A stretch of 64,000 nt of DNA from Candidatus Krumholzibacteriota bacterium (GTDB taxonomy: Bacteria; Krumholzibacteriota; Krumholzibacteriia; JAJRXK01): positions 96,001-160,000 of the forward strand of contig CAVXTH010000007.1 in the NCBI GenBank assembly GCA_963764625.1. The letters run 5' to 3'. Each line of letters opens with the position of its first letter. The first letter of the stretch is position 1. Positions 1-9,888 of the stretch are shown in pieces. Made by a program: the position numbers and the translations under genes. The notes beneath the pieces are model-generated. The model was not told the origin of the DNA and did no database searches. It saw only the letters and a list, made by a program, of their open reading frames with translations.

Positions 1-2
1 AT

Positions 3-2351
3 CCTGACAAGCTGCTCGTGAGCGTCTATAAGGACGATTCCGAGAGCTACGGCATCTGGAAAGACAAAGTCGGAGTATCCGAGGAGCACATCTATCGCCT
101 GGGCGACATCTCCAAGGGTGACGAAGAGAATTTCTGGAGCATGGGCGACACCGGTCCATGCGGTCCTTGCACCGAGATCCACTACGATCAGGGGAGCGAG
201 GTCGCGGGCGGTGACGAACGGCCCCTGGGAGAGAATGACAGCGACCGCTACCTGGAAGTCTGGAATCTGGTATTTATCCAGTACGACCGCGATTCCAAAG
301 GCAATCTCTCGCCGCTTCCGCTTCAAAGCGTGGATACGGGAATGGGTCTCGAACGACTCGCCGCCCTCAAAGCCAAAGTCAGCTCCAACTACGACACCGA
401 TCTGTTTGAGCCGCTGGTTCGATGGGTGGCGCGGCAGAGTGGCAAGAGCACCGAGGTTCCCGAGGACAAGGTGAGCATGCAGGTCATCGCCGATCATGCT
501 CGCGCCCTCACCTTCACCGTGGCCGACGGCGGGCGGCCGGGGAACGACGGTCGCGGCTATGTCTTGCGCCGTATCTTGCGCCGCGCCGCGCGCCACGGCC
601 GGCGACTCGGCTTCACCGAACCGTTTCTGTATCAGGTCGCCGATTTGGTCATCGACATGATGGGCGGGCACTACCGTGAATTACTCGACGCGCGTGAGCA
701 CGTGCTGCGCGTGATTCGAACCGAGGAGGAGCGATTCAACGAAACCCTCGACCGCGGCCTGGTGCTTTTCGACGAGGCGTCCGAGCGAGCCACCAAGGAA
801 TTCGCCCGCCGCAAGCAGAAAGGCTCCGGCAAGAAAGGCGCCGAAGCTCGCCCGATCATTTCGGCGGAGGACGCGTTCAAACTCCACGACACCTTTGGGT
901 TTCCCCTCGACCTCACCGAGCTGATGGCCTCGGAGAAGGGAATGCAGGTCGACGTCGAAGGTTTCGAAGCGGCCATGGACGAGCAGCGCGCCCGCGCCCG
1001 GGCGGCCAGCAATTTCAGCGCGGCGAAACAAAACGAAGCCTGGAACTGGCTGCAGGGCGAGCCTGGAGTCGACCGGCCCGCGGCCCGGTTCGTCGGCTAC
1101 ACGAGTCTTGTGACCGAGTGCGAGATCCTGGGTTATCGCGCGGTCGACCGGGAGCAATGGGAGCTCGTCGTCGATCCCTGTCCCTTCTACGCGGAGAGCG
1201 GGGGACAGATCGGCGACCGGGGGTCCCTGGAGAACGACCAGGCGCGGCTCGAAGTTCTGGATGCTCGCTCCTCCCAAGCCGGCCCGGTGTGCCTGGTGGA
1301 GCTTCGCTCGGGTCAGTTCGAGACTGCGGTCTCCTCGGGTAAGAAATTCAGCGCCAGTGTCGACGCCTCGCGTCGTCGCGCCATCATGCGGAATCATACC
1401 GCTACCCATCTCTTGCATGGAGCCCTGCGGGACCGCCTGGGCTCTCACGCGACGCAAGCCGGCTCGCTGGTAGCGCCCGAACGGCTGCGCTTCGACTTCC
1501 ATCACGACGGTGCGCTCGGGAAGGAAGCGCTCGACGCGCTCGAGAACGACGTAAACGCGCAGATTCTGGCCGATCGATCCGTGACCAAACACGTAGATGT
1601 GCCGCTGGAGGAGGCGCGTGGGATGGGCGCGGTGTCGATGTTCGGCGAAAAGTATGGCGACAAGGTGCGGGTGGTCCAGGTCGGCGACTACAGCATCGAG
1701 TTCTGTGGCGGCACGCACTGCGATCACACCGGAGAGATTGGTTTGATGCGCATCACCGGGGAAAGTGCGGTCGCGGCCGGCGTACGTCGCATAGAAGCGA
1801 TTACGGGACCGGCGGCATTGCACGCGTTCGAGAGCGACCGTGAAATCGTGAGGAGTCTGGGAGAGAGTCTCTCGACCCGGCCCGAAGGGGTGCTGGGCCG
1901 CGTTGAAGCGCTTCAGGAGGAGATCAAGAGCTTACGCAGCGAGCTCGCGGTGGCCCACGGCGCGCAGGCGAAGGACGTGGCGGAGGAGTTGCTGAGCCGC
2001 GCGGTCGTGGTCGAGGGAGTAAAGCTCGTTGCGTCGAGAGTGGAGATCCAGAACCGCGAGAGCCTCATGCAGATGGGCGACGCTCTGCGGGAGAAACTGC
2101 ACGGGGGGGCAGCGGTGCTCGCGGCGGAAATCGATGGGAAAGTGGCATTTCTCGCCGTGGTCACCGATGATATCATCTCGTCCTTGGGACTCAAGGCAGG
2201 GGATCTGGTGAAGCGAGTTGCGAAGATCGCCGGCGGGAGTGGCGGTGGACGCCCGCACCTGGCGCAGGCGGGCGGGAAGGACCCGGCCAAGATCGACGAA
2301 GCGATCGAGGCCGTGCCGCGGATCGTGAAAGAACTGATCAGTTCCCGTTGA
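3..2351 (+). CDS. alaS: Alanine--tRNA ligase (5' end outside window)
   Basis: Motifs FWSMGDTGPCGPCTEI, EVWNLVF, VDTGMGLER, GYVLRRILRRA, editing-site HTATHLLH and EFCGGTH, C-terminal GGGG DHHA1 region. The frame is open from position 3. Confidence 0.98.
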   Translation, partial: PDKLLVSVYKDDSESYGIWKDKVGVSEEHIYRLGDISKGDEENFWSMGDTGPCGPCTEIHYDQGSEVAGGDERPLGENDSDRYLEVWNLVFIQYDRDSKGNLSPLPLQSVDTGMGLERLAALKAKVSSNYDTDLFEPLVRWVARQSGKSTEVPEDKVSMQVIADHARALTFTVADGGRPGNDGRGYVLRRILRRAARHGRRLGFTEPFLYQVADLVIDMMGGHYRELLDAREHVLRVIRTEEERFNETLDRGLVLFDEASERATKEFARRKQKGSGKKGAEARPIISAEDAFKLHDTFGFPLDLTELMASEKGMQVDVEGFEAAMDEQRARARAASNFSAAKQNEAWNWLQGEPGVDRPAARFVGYTSLVTECEILGYRAVDREQWELVVDPCPFYAESGGQIGDRGSLENDQARLEVLDARSSQAGPVCLVELRSGQFETAVSSGKKFSASVDASRRRAIMRNHTATHLLHGALRDRLGSHATQAGSLVAPERLRFDFHHDGALGKEALDALENDVNAQILADRSVTKHVDVPLEEARGMGAVSMFGEKYGDKVRVVQVGDYSIEFCGGTHCDHTGEIGLMRITGESAVAAGVRRIEAITGPAALHAFESDREIVRSLGESLSTRPEGVLGRVEALQEEIKSLRSELAVAHGAQAKDVAEELLSRAVVVEGVKLVASRVEIQNRESLMQMGDALREKLHGGAAVLAAEIDGKVAFLAVVTDDIISSLGLKAGDLVKRVAKIAGGSGGGRPHLAQAGGKDPAKIDEAIEAVPRIVKELISSR

Positions 2352-2411
2352 GATTCCTTCCCCAGCTTTTTCGACGGAGATTTGGTTCCGAGACTTGACG
2401 CGGGAGTAAGC

Positions 2412-3317
2412 ATGAATCCAATTCTCGAGCTCCGCGGGGTTCGAAGAAGCTTCGGTCGCATCCTGGCGGTGGACGGAGTCGACTTGAGCGTGCCCAAAGG
2501 GGCGATTTACGGCATCCTCGGTCCCAATGGCGCGGGCAAGACCACGACCATCCGTATGATCCTGAACATCTACCTTCCCGACGCCGGAGAGATCCTCTTC
2601 GACGGGGGTCACCTCGATCGCAAGGCGATCAATCGGATCGGCTACTTGCCCGAAGAGCGCGGTCTCTACAAGCGCATGCGGGTGGAAGAGCATGTGATTT
2701 ACCTCGCCCGTCTGAAGGGGATGCCGGCGGCGCAGGCTAAACGCCGGGCCCGACTCTGGTTGGAGCGATTCGGATTGGATGAGCGCGCCAACGCCAAGAC
2801 CGACGAGCTCTCGAAGGGGATGCAGCAGAAAGTGCAGTTCATCGGCACCGTGATCTCCGAGCCGCAAATGGTGGTGCTGGACGAACCCTTCAGTGGACTC
2901 GACCCGCTCAACGTGAAGCTCCTGCGCGAGATCATCGAAGAGATTCGTGCCGCGGGTCGAACCGTTCTCTTCTCTACCCACGTCATGGAACAGGCAGAGC
3001 AGATCTGCGATCACATCTTCCTCATCAACAACGGACGCAAGGTCCTCGACGGAAGACTGGACGAGATCATCGAGAACTATCCGGTGGACAGCGTTCGGGT
3101 ATCCGGGGAATTCGAGGAGCGAGCTCTCGAGGCGCTTCCACCGGTAGACTCCGTGCAGCGCAGCGGAAACGAATTGTCGGTGCGTCTCGCGGAGGGTTTC
3201 GTGGCCCAAGATCTCCTGGTGGAGTTGGTGAGGAGGGGTCGGGTCGACCGTTTTGCCGCCACGCGGCCACCTCTCAGCGAGATCTTCATCCGGGAAGTGG
3301 AGGGTAGCCATGACTAA
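2412..3317 (+). CDS. ABC-2 type transporter ATP-binding protein (NatA/YhaQ-like)
   Basis: Walker A GPNGAGKTT, signature LSKGMQQK, Walker B VVLDEP, H-loop STH. GGGAG precedes ATG 2412. Confidence 0.93.
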   Translation: MNPILELRGVRRSFGRILAVDGVDLSVPKGAIYGILGPNGAGKTTTIRMILNIYLPDAGEILFDGGHLDRKAINRIGYLPEERGLYKRMRVEEHVIYLARLKGMPAAQAKRRARLWLERFGLDERANAKTDELSKGMQQKVQFIGTVISEPQMVVLDEPFSGLDPLNVKLLREIIEEIRAAGRTVLFSTHVMEQAEQICDHIFLINNGRKVLDGRLDEIIENYPVDSVRVSGEFEERALEALPPVDSVQRSGNELSVRLAEGFVAQDLLVELVRRGRVDRFAATRPPLSEIFIREVEGSHD

Positions 3318-4581
3318 GCTACGCATCGTCACGATCAGTGAATATCTCGTCCGGGTTCGTTCGCGCGCGTTCATCATCTCCACTCTGCTCGGGCCGATCT
3401 TACTTCTGGCCGTTTCGCTCGGTCCGGCGCTTCTCGCGTCGCGCACTTCGGAATCGACACGCACGATCATGGTGATCGACGACAGCGGAACTCAGGGCCT
3501 TTTCATGAACCTGCAGCGCGAAATCGGCGATCCTCAGGCTGGTGGCCAGAAGAAGATGCACCTGGTTCTCTGGGGAGAGAGCGGGTCGCTCGACTCTGCC
3601 TTGTCCACGCTGGCTCCCCAGGTCGGCGACGGCAGCTACGACGGCGTCCTGTACATTCCCCCGGACTTTCTGCAAGAGGGCAGTGCCACCCTCTACGGCT
3701 CGAATCCCTCTGGCGTGGTCTGGGCCGATCCGGTCGAGGCCGCTCTGGGACGGGTTCTCATTCAACAACACCTGAAGGGTTACGGGATGGAAAAGGCAGA
3801 GCTCGACCAGGTGCTGGCCGGAGCCAAGCTCCACGCCGAGGACATCGCTCGCGGCGAAGGGGGGAAGAAGGGTTCGATGGAGGTGAGGCTCGTGGTGGGC
3901 TTCGTCCTGGTGTTCCTGCTGTACATGATGATCCTGGCCTACGGTATTCAGTCGATGAATTCGGTCATCGAGGACAAGACCTCCCGCGTGGTCGAGGTGA
4001 TGCTGGCGAGTGTCACTCCCACCGTACTCATGGCGGGGAAGATCGTGGCGAGTGCTCTGGTTGGCCTCACGCAGTTTGCCATCTGGGGCATCCTGGCGGC
4101 CGGTCTCATCGGGCAGGGGCTCTTCTCCTTGCCCGCGAGCATCGATTTCTCGTTTCTCACCCCGGCGATCTGGGCCGCCTTCACCGCATTCTTTCTCCTG
4201 GGGTATCTGCTCTTCGCCTGCCTCTACGCGGCGATCGGCGCGCTCTGCAACAGCACCCAGGACGCCCAGCAGTTTCAGATGCCGGTGACGATTCTGGTGG
4301 TCATTCCCATGCTCCTGCTGCAGGTCGTCATGCAGAATCCCAACGGTAGCCTGGCGGTCGTGTTCTCGCTCATCCCGGTGTTCACTCCCATCATGATGTT
4401 CGTGCGCATCGCGCTGGGGAACCCACCCCTGTGGCAAATCATTCTGAGTCTGATTCTTTTGGGGGGAACCGTGGTGCTGATGGCCAAGGTGACCGGAAAG
4501 CTCTTCCGGCTCTCCATTTTGAGCTTCGGAAAGTCACCGAGTTGGAGGCAGGTGCTCAGGATGCTACGTTCGCCAGAATAG
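3310..4581 (+). CDS. ABC-2 type transporter permease (NatB/YhaP-like)
   Basis: N-terminal TM, large extracytoplasmic loop, EDKTSRVVEVMLAS motif, multiple C-terminal TMs. Overlaps the ATPase stop. Confidence 0.9.
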   Translation: MTKLRIVTISEYLVRVRSRAFIISTLLGPILLLAVSLGPALLASRTSESTRTIMVIDDSGTQGLFMNLQREIGDPQAGGQKKMHLVLWGESGSLDSALSTLAPQVGDGSYDGVLYIPPDFLQEGSATLYGSNPSGVVWADPVEAALGRVLIQQHLKGYGMEKAELDQVLAGAKLHAEDIARGEGGKKGSMEVRLVVGFVLVFLLYMMILAYGIQSMNSVIEDKTSRVVEVMLASVTPTVLMAGKIVASALVGLTQFAIWGILAAGLIGQGLFSLPASIDFSFLTPAIWAAFTAFFLLGYLLFACLYAAIGALCNSTQDAQQFQMPVTILVVIPMLLLQVVMQNPNGSLAVVFSLIPVFTPIMMFVRIALGNPPLWQIILSLILLGGTVVLMAKVTGKLFRLSILSFGKSPSWRQVLRMLRSPE

Positions 4582-4719
4582 GCCGGCTCTGCTCCGCACT
4601 TTCGCCGCCCGCCGGCTTTGCCTACTATTGTTGCTCTTTGCCGATCTCCGTGAGCCGGCTGAATTGAAGCCGACGCGGCGCAGATGGCGCATCCAGAGCC
4701 CCAGCTACAGGTTTTTCGC

Positions 4720-6423
4720 ATGATTTCCAACGACTCTCCCCGCGCCGGTTCCCTACTGCTTTCGGCCGAAGAGGCCGCCTCCTGGCTGACGAGAAGCCGT
4801 AACTGGCCGTCTCACCGCCTCAGTGAAGTCGAGCTGTGCGACCTGGGTCTGCTGCTCAACGGCGCGTTCTCCCCTCTGACTGGATTTCTGGATCGGGAGG
4901 ACACCCAGTCGGTGCTCTCCGAGATGCGCCTGGAGGATGGGCGGTTGTGGCCCATGCCGATCAACCTGGAGTTGGACGAGAAGACGGCGTCCGCGGCGGA
5001 GGCCGCCGGATTCCTCGCGCTTCGCGATGTCGAAGGGACCGTGCTCGCGGTGCTCGAACTGAGCGAAGTGTGGCCGTTCGACGCCAAGGACATGGCCGAG
5101 GGACTCCTAGGTCACTGCGACGAAGCTCACCCCTTCGTGGCCCGGCTTTTGGCCAGCGAGGCCACCCATCTGGCGGGCGGGAAGTTGCACGGACTTCAAA
5201 TGCCCAGACGCTATCTCTATCCCCAGCTACACCACAGCCCCGCGCAACTGCGGGCCCTGTTTGAAGAGAAGGGCTGGAAGAAGATCGTCGCCTTTCAGAC
5301 CCGCAATCCCATGCATCGGGCTCACTTCGAGATCACGAAGCTGGCGGCGGAATCGGCGGGCGCGAAAGTATTGCTCCATCCCGTGGTGGGTGTGACCCGA
5401 CCGGGGGACGTTCCGGCGGTGGTGCGGGTGCGCTGTTATGAAGAATTGCTGCCGCGCTATGGCGACAACGGCGCCGTTCTGTCGCTTCTTCCTTTGGCGA
5501 TGCGCATGGCGGGACCCCGCGAGGCCCTGTGGCACTCCCTCATCCGGCGGAACTTCGGCGCCACGCACTTCATCATTGGCCGCGACCACGCCGGCCCCGG
5601 CCTCTCTTCTCAGGGGAAACCGTTCCACGGCCCCTACGACGCACAGCACCTGGTGGAAAAGTACTCCGATGAGATCGGCCTCACCGTCGTTCCTCTGCAG
5701 ATGCTGGTCTACGATCCCGAGAAGGACGCCTACCTCACGCAAGATCAGGCGAGCGAGGCGTCCAAGTCCTACCAGCTCTCGGGGACGGAACTGCGACGAC
5801 GGCTGAACACGGGCGAGGAGATTCCCGAGTGGTTCAGCTTTCCCGAAGTGGCGAAGATTCTGCGCCGCGCATACCCGCCGCGCTCGCAGCAGGGCTTCAC
5901 CGTCTTCTTCACCGGGCTTTCCGCCTCCGGGAAATCCACCCTGGCGCAGGCTCTGATGGCCCGCCTCCAGATCGATACCGGACGCGACGTCACGCTCTTG
6001 GACGGCGATGTCGTGCGCACGAACCTCTCCTCGGAATTGGGATTCTCGAAGGAGCACCGCGACCTCAACATCACTCGCATCGGTTATGTCGCGTCGGAGA
6101 TCACGCGCCACGGAGGAATTGCTCTCTGTGCGCCCATCGCTCCCTACGATCGCGCGCGCAAAGACGTTCGCGAGAAGGTGGAGGCCCGCGGCGGATTCGT
6201 GCTCGTGCACGTCAGCACACCGCTGCAGGAATGCGAGCGCCGCGACCCGAAAGGTCTCTACGCGAAGGCTCGCGCCGGAATCGTGAAGGGCTTCACCGGA
6301 ATCGACGATCCCTACCAAACCCCCCAGGACGCCGAACTCGCCATCGACACCACGGCCATCGAACCCGACGAAGCGGCAGGTCGCATTTTGGAGCATCTCC
6401 GCAGCGAGGGCTATTTGAGCTGA
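4720..6423 (+). CDS. sat-cysC: Bifunctional sulfate adenylyltransferase / adenylylsulfate kinase (PAPS synthesis)
   Basis: QTRNPMHRAH, MRMAGPREA and GRDHAG (ATP sulfurylase). FTGLSASGKST, LDGDVVR and RDPKGLY (APS kinase). Start may be 4684 or 4720. Confidence 0.95.
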   Translation: MISNDSPRAGSLLLSAEEAASWLTRSRNWPSHRLSEVELCDLGLLLNGAFSPLTGFLDREDTQSVLSEMRLEDGRLWPMPINLELDEKTASAAEAAGFLALRDVEGTVLAVLELSEVWPFDAKDMAEGLLGHCDEAHPFVARLLASEATHLAGGKLHGLQMPRRYLYPQLHHSPAQLRALFEEKGWKKIVAFQTRNPMHRAHFEITKLAAESAGAKVLLHPVVGVTRPGDVPAVVRVRCYEELLPRYGDNGAVLSLLPLAMRMAGPREALWHSLIRRNFGATHFIIGRDHAGPGLSSQGKPFHGPYDAQHLVEKYSDEIGLTVVPLQMLVYDPEKDAYLTQDQASEASKSYQLSGTELRRRLNTGEEIPEWFSFPEVAKILRRAYPPRSQQGFTVFFTGLSASGKSTLAQALMARLQIDTGRDVTLLDGDVVRTNLSSELGFSKEHRDLNITRIGYVASEITRHGGIALCAPIAPYDRARKDVREKVEARGGFVLVHVSTPLQECERRDPKGLYAKARAGIVKGFTGIDDPYQTPQDAELAIDTTAIEPDEAAGRILEHLRSEGYLS

Positions 6424-6436
6424 ATTGCCGGGAACT

Positions 6437-7303
6437 CTAGCCGCGGGCGCGACTCTCCAGGTCACCGTAGCCGAGGCGTTGCATCCATCCTTTTGTCTTC
6501 TTGCTCTCGTAGAGCTCGCGCAGGAGTGGATCTTCGAGAAAACGGAAGCGAGGACCGCGCTCGGCCAGCGCGGCCGCCCTGCCCACGCGCGCGGGGTCGG
6601 CCGTTAGACCCAGAAACTCCGCTACTTCGCGCAGAGCGCTCGTTGGATCCTCCAGCAGGTCTTCGTAGCAGAGCACGAGTTCTTCGATTGGGAATCGTTT
6701 GCGGTTCCATTGATGGAGATCGAGGTAGTCCTCCCAAAGTTCGAAGGCCCGGGTCAGCTCGAGACAACGCGGAGAGCTGAAGCGATTCAGATGGGGATCG
6801 GCCAGGTACTTCGCTCGTTCCTCTTGGGTGAGTTCCTTGCTCGCGCGACGCCAGAGACTGGCAGCCACGTCGATTCCGTTACGGTGAACCGTGATGGCGC
6901 GCGCCCTGGGAAAAACCGAGAGCCACAGTGGCCAGGTGGCAGTCGTCCGGGGATCTTTCCAGCCCCACAACACCGGTTCATTCGAGAGGAAGGCACGCAG
7001 GCGGCCCGGCCCCACGTAGCGGCGTAGAAACGCCAGCCCCTCCACCCTGCGCGTCAACTCCTGCACGAGAGGGGGGAGGGTGTCCTCACGTTCTAGGAGA
7101 TAACGGATGGGCAGGGGATTGTCCCACGCTCCGTGCGCGCGCTGCAGCAACCAGTCGTTCGAATCCAGAATGAAGACCGACTCGTGGTGCATTTCGAGAT
7201 TGCGACCCAGGTGCATTCCCAGCTCCGCAAGCATCTTCGCGAGCAGAGTGGTGCCGGAACGGTGCATGCCCAAGAGCAGTACCGGGTCATCTCGTTTCAA
7301 CAT
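6437..7303 (-). CDS. Sulfotransferase family protein
   Basis: PAPS-binding loop GMHRSGTT, WGWKDPR, HRNGIDVAASL, YEDLL. Confidence 0.88.
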   Translation of the reverse strand: MLKRDDPVLLLGMHRSGTTLLAKMLAELGMHLGRNLEMHHESVFILDSNDWLLQRAHGAWDNPLPIRYLLEREDTLPPLVQELTRRVEGLAFLRRYVGPGRLRAFLSNEPVLWGWKDPRTTATWPLWLSVFPRARAITVHRNGIDVAASLWRRASKELTQEERAKYLADPHLNRFSSPRCLELTRAFELWEDYLDLHQWNRKRFPIEELVLCYEDLLEDPTSALREVAEFLGLTADPARVGRAAALAERGPRFRFLEDPLLRELYESKKTKGWMQRLGYGDLESRARG

Positions 7304-7329
7304 GAATGGACTCTCCTGAAGAGACGAAG

Positions 7330-7881
7330 CTAGTGCTTGAAGTAGCGTTCGTGGACCCTCTCTCCGGTCGCGATATCGCTGCCGTACAGATCGATGTACT
7401 CCACTTTGGGGAGCGGCTTCCTATCCTCCAGGAAGACGTAGATCCTCGCGATATAGGCGGAATGGCCGTCGATCCGGGTAATCGCCATCCAGCGGTCCGC
7501 CACTCTCTCCACCCGAACCATGCGGTGGATGTTTGCCGCCATGTCCATGAGTACGGTTCCGTCGTCCAGGACCCTCGTCTTGAATCCGTAGGCCAGTTTG
7601 CGCTCGAGCAGATTCAGTTGTTGGCGCCTTCCATCCTCGGCCTTACGGATCCAATAGCTGATGATGGGGTTCTCTTGCTTCAGGCTGCCGTCTTCGTTCA
7701 AGACCGCGTCGTACTGCACAATGTTGGCGTTTTGGGACCGTTCGATGTCGAACAGATGCTGGCTATGCTCGGGCCATCCGTCATCAGCGAGGGCGGTCCG
7801 AGGCATCGCCACGCCGACGACGATGCACAAGAGCAAGATCGTCGAGAGGTGCGGAGCTTCTTCGTGTACATTCGCCGCCAT
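7330..7881 (-). CDS. Secreted DUF4833-like protein
   Basis: Signal peptide, then LFDIERSQNANIVQYD, YWI, ERKLAYG and YIDLYG, a pattern recalled for DUF4833. Confidence 0.7.
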   Translation of the reverse strand: MAANVHEEAPHLSTILLLCIVVGVAMPRTALADDGWPEHSQHLFDIERSQNANIVQYDAVLNEDGSLKQENPIISYWIRKAEDGRRQQLNLLERKLAYGFKTRVLDDGTVLMDMAANIHRMVRVERVADRWMAITRIDGHSAYIARIYVFLEDRKPLPKVEYIDLYGSDIATGERVHERYFKH

Positions 7882-7883
7882 GC

Positions 7884-8360
7884 CTAGTCCTCTGCATCAT
7901 TCCCCAGAGAGATCTCGTTGGGCAGTTCGTTGATGTCCTTCCCTTCACCAGCATACGGGAAATGAGTGGAGAGGCGGTCGCCTATTTGTAGAATTGCCTC
8001 TCTCAGGGCCCCAGTATAGTCCCCTTCGCGAAATCGTCGGACGAGATTCTCCACGATCGAGTCCCAGAAACCCTCTTCGACTCTCTCGTGGATTCCTCGG
8101 TCCCCCAATACCGCGACCCGCCGGTCGGCGATTGACAAATAAATGAGCACTCCGTTCCTCAATGCGGTCGCGGTCATCCCGAGATCCTCGAAAACGTCCC
8201 GACCTCGGTAGTAGGGATCACCACCCGGGCACTTTTTTTCCAGGTGGACCCGGATCTCCCCGCTGGTGAGCTTCTCGGCCGCCTCGATCGCCTCGACCAC
8301 GCTGGCCTTCTCATCCGGCCGCAAGAAGTCAGAGGGATTCTTGCCTCGTGAAACCAGCAT
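7884..8360 (-). CDS. TPM domain protein (small subunit, YgcG-like)
   Basis: AEKLTSGEIRVH, RNGVLIY, GDRGIH, NELPNEIS. ATG at 8360 follows the upstream stop. Confidence 0.85.
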   Translation of the reverse strand: MLVSRGKNPSDFLRPDEKASVVEAIEAAEKLTSGEIRVHLEKKCPGGDPYYRGRDVFEDLGMTATALRNGVLIYLSIADRRVAVLGDRGIHERVEEGFWDSIVENLVRRFREGDYTGALREAILQIGDRLSTHFPYAGEGKDINELPNEISLGNDAED

Positions 8361-8362
8361 TG

Positions 8363-9151
8363 CTACCAACCTCCACTGGCGCCGCCGCCGCCGAAGCCGC
8401 CGCCGCCGCCGATGAATCCCCCGCCACCCCCGAGAGCCTCCACCGCCGAAGCCGCCGCCGCGACCGCCGCCGCCGAAGAAGATGAACGGTCCTCCCAGCC
8501 CGCGGCGCCCGCGGCCTCCTCGACCGCCAAGGATCCTGACGAGAAAGAGGATGAGAAAGAACCACACCCCACCGGCAGGCCCTTTCCGTCCTTGTCTCGT
8601 CCACGATCTCCAAGACTTCGGCCCGAGCCCACGTACTCGCCCCGGCTCGCTGCCATGAGCGCAGAGACCCCTGCGCGGATCCCTCCCACGCGATCGCCTG
8701 CGCGAAAACGGGGCAAAATCTCGTTCTGAATGATCGAAAAGGCGGTCGCGTCCGTCACCACGCCTTCCAGGCCGTAGCCAACCTCGATGCGAACCTTGCG
8801 ATCTTCGGCGTAGATGGCAAGGAGCACTCCATTATCCCGGTCCTTGCGCCCCATCCCCCAGGCCTCGGCCACGCGATGGGTGAGGTCCTGGATTTCCTCT
8901 CCCTGCAGCGAACGGAAGATCGCCACCACCAGCTGATTGCTGGTGCTGCGTTCGAAGGCCGACAGCGAGTCCGCCAGGGAGCTCTCCTGCGTCGGGCTCA
9001 GCCAATCGACTCCGTCGTAAACGTAGTGCGCCGGCGGAGGAGGAATCTCGAATGAGTCGGCGCACACCTTGGCGGCGAAGAGCAGAATCATCGACCCCAG
9101 GACAAGAAATGGCGAAGCTGCGAGCGAACGCTGGAGTGTGCCGCGAATCAT
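8363..9151 (-). CDS. TPM domain membrane protein with Gly-rich tail (two compensating frameshifts)
   Basis: DNGVLL, RIEVGYGLEG, C-terminal GGGFGGGGASGGW. The expected TM segment WFFLILFLVRILGG lies in an alternate frame at about 8430-8570. Confidence 0.85.
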   Translation of the reverse strand: MIRGTLQRSLAASPFLVLGSMILLFAAKVCADSFEIPPPPAHYVYDGVDWLSPTQESSLADSLSAFERSTSNQLVVAIFRSLQGEEIQDLTHRVAEAWGMGRKDRDNGVLLAIYAEDRKVRIEVGYGLEGVVTDATAFSIIQNEILPRFRAGDRVGGIRAGVSALMAASRGEYVGSGRSLGDRGRDKDGKGLPVGCGSFSSSFSSGSLAVEEAAGAAGWEDRSSSSAAAVAAAASAVEALGGGGGFIGGGGGFGGGGASGGW

Positions 9152-9152
9152 C

Positions 9153-9746
9153 TCAGAACTTTACTTTTGGAGCTTCCTCGGCACCCGGCTCGGATTGGAA
9201 GTATTGCTTCTTCGTCAATCCAGTCATCCCCGCGATGACGCTGGCGGGAAAACGCCGAATCCGTGTGTTGAAGACGCGCGCCGCGTCGTTGTAGTGCCTG
9301 CGCTCGACGGCGATGCGATTCTCCGTACCCTCGAGTTGACTCTGCAGGGTGAGGTAATTCTGGTTGGCCTTGAGTTCGGGATAGCGCTCGACCGTGACCA
9401 AAAGACGTGAGAGAGCGCCGCTCAATGCACCCTGAGCTTCTTGAAACTTCTGGAATGCCTGGGGATCGTTCACCACGTCGCTGCTGAGACTCGCCTGGAT
9501 CTGCGTGGCCTTCGCCCTGGCCTCGATCACCGCGGTGAGTGTCTCCTGCTCAAAATTGGCCGCTCCCTTGACGGTCTCCACCAAATTCGGAATGAGATCG
9601 GCTCGTCTCTGATAGACGTTCTCGACCTGTGCCCACGAGCTTTCCACGCCCTCTTCGAGACCGACCATGGAGTTGTAGGTCGAGCAGGAAGAGAACCCGA
9701 CCAGCACCACGATGATGACGAGGATGAGAGGGAGAGACTTTTTCAT
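9153..9746 (-). CDS. lemA: LemA family protein
   Basis: YQRRADLIPNLV, ERYPELKAN, LEGTENRIAVER, N-terminal TM. GGAG RBS upstream. Confidence 0.95.
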   Translation of the reverse strand: MKKSLPLILVIIVVLVGFSSCSTYNSMVGLEEGVESSWAQVENVYQRRADLIPNLVETVKGAANFEQETLTAVIEARAKATQIQASLSSDVVNDPQAFQKFQEAQGALSGALSRLLVTVERYPELKANQNYLTLQSQLEGTENRIAVERRHYNDAARVFNTRIRRFPASVIAGMTGLTKKQYFQSEPGAEEAPKVKF

Positions 9747-9873
9747 GACGATCTTCTCCAAGAAAATTGAGAGCGTAAGTTCAGGGGATGGCGATTCATT
9801 CCGTATAAGGGATAATTCCATCTCGCGACCGCCGCACGGTGCGGTGCCGCTCGCGCATTCCACAGTTTCCCCA

Positions 9874-9882
9874 TGGTATACT
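9874..9882 (+). promoter_or_regulatory. Extended -10 element (TGGTATACT), probably leaderless start of the SLT gene
   Basis: TGn-TATACT ends 6 nt before ATG 9889, with no Shine-Dalgarno sequence. Confidence 0.55.
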
Positions 9883-9888
9883 TTCTCC

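Noticed and set aside
780-855. Basic insertion (RRKQKGSGKKG) in AlaS
   Set aside because: It lies in a linker that commonly varies in length, with no evidence of a distinct function.
1932-3470. Long antisense ORFs (e.g. 1932-3470, 5227-6465, 16079-17647, 43219-44652)
   Set aside because: They shadow well-supported genes on the other strand, which is expected at high GC, and show no recognisable motifs.
8380-8480. GCC-rich repeats as a possible array
   Set aside because: They encode the Gly-rich tail of the TPM protein. There is no spacer structure. No CRISPR array was found anywhere in the window.
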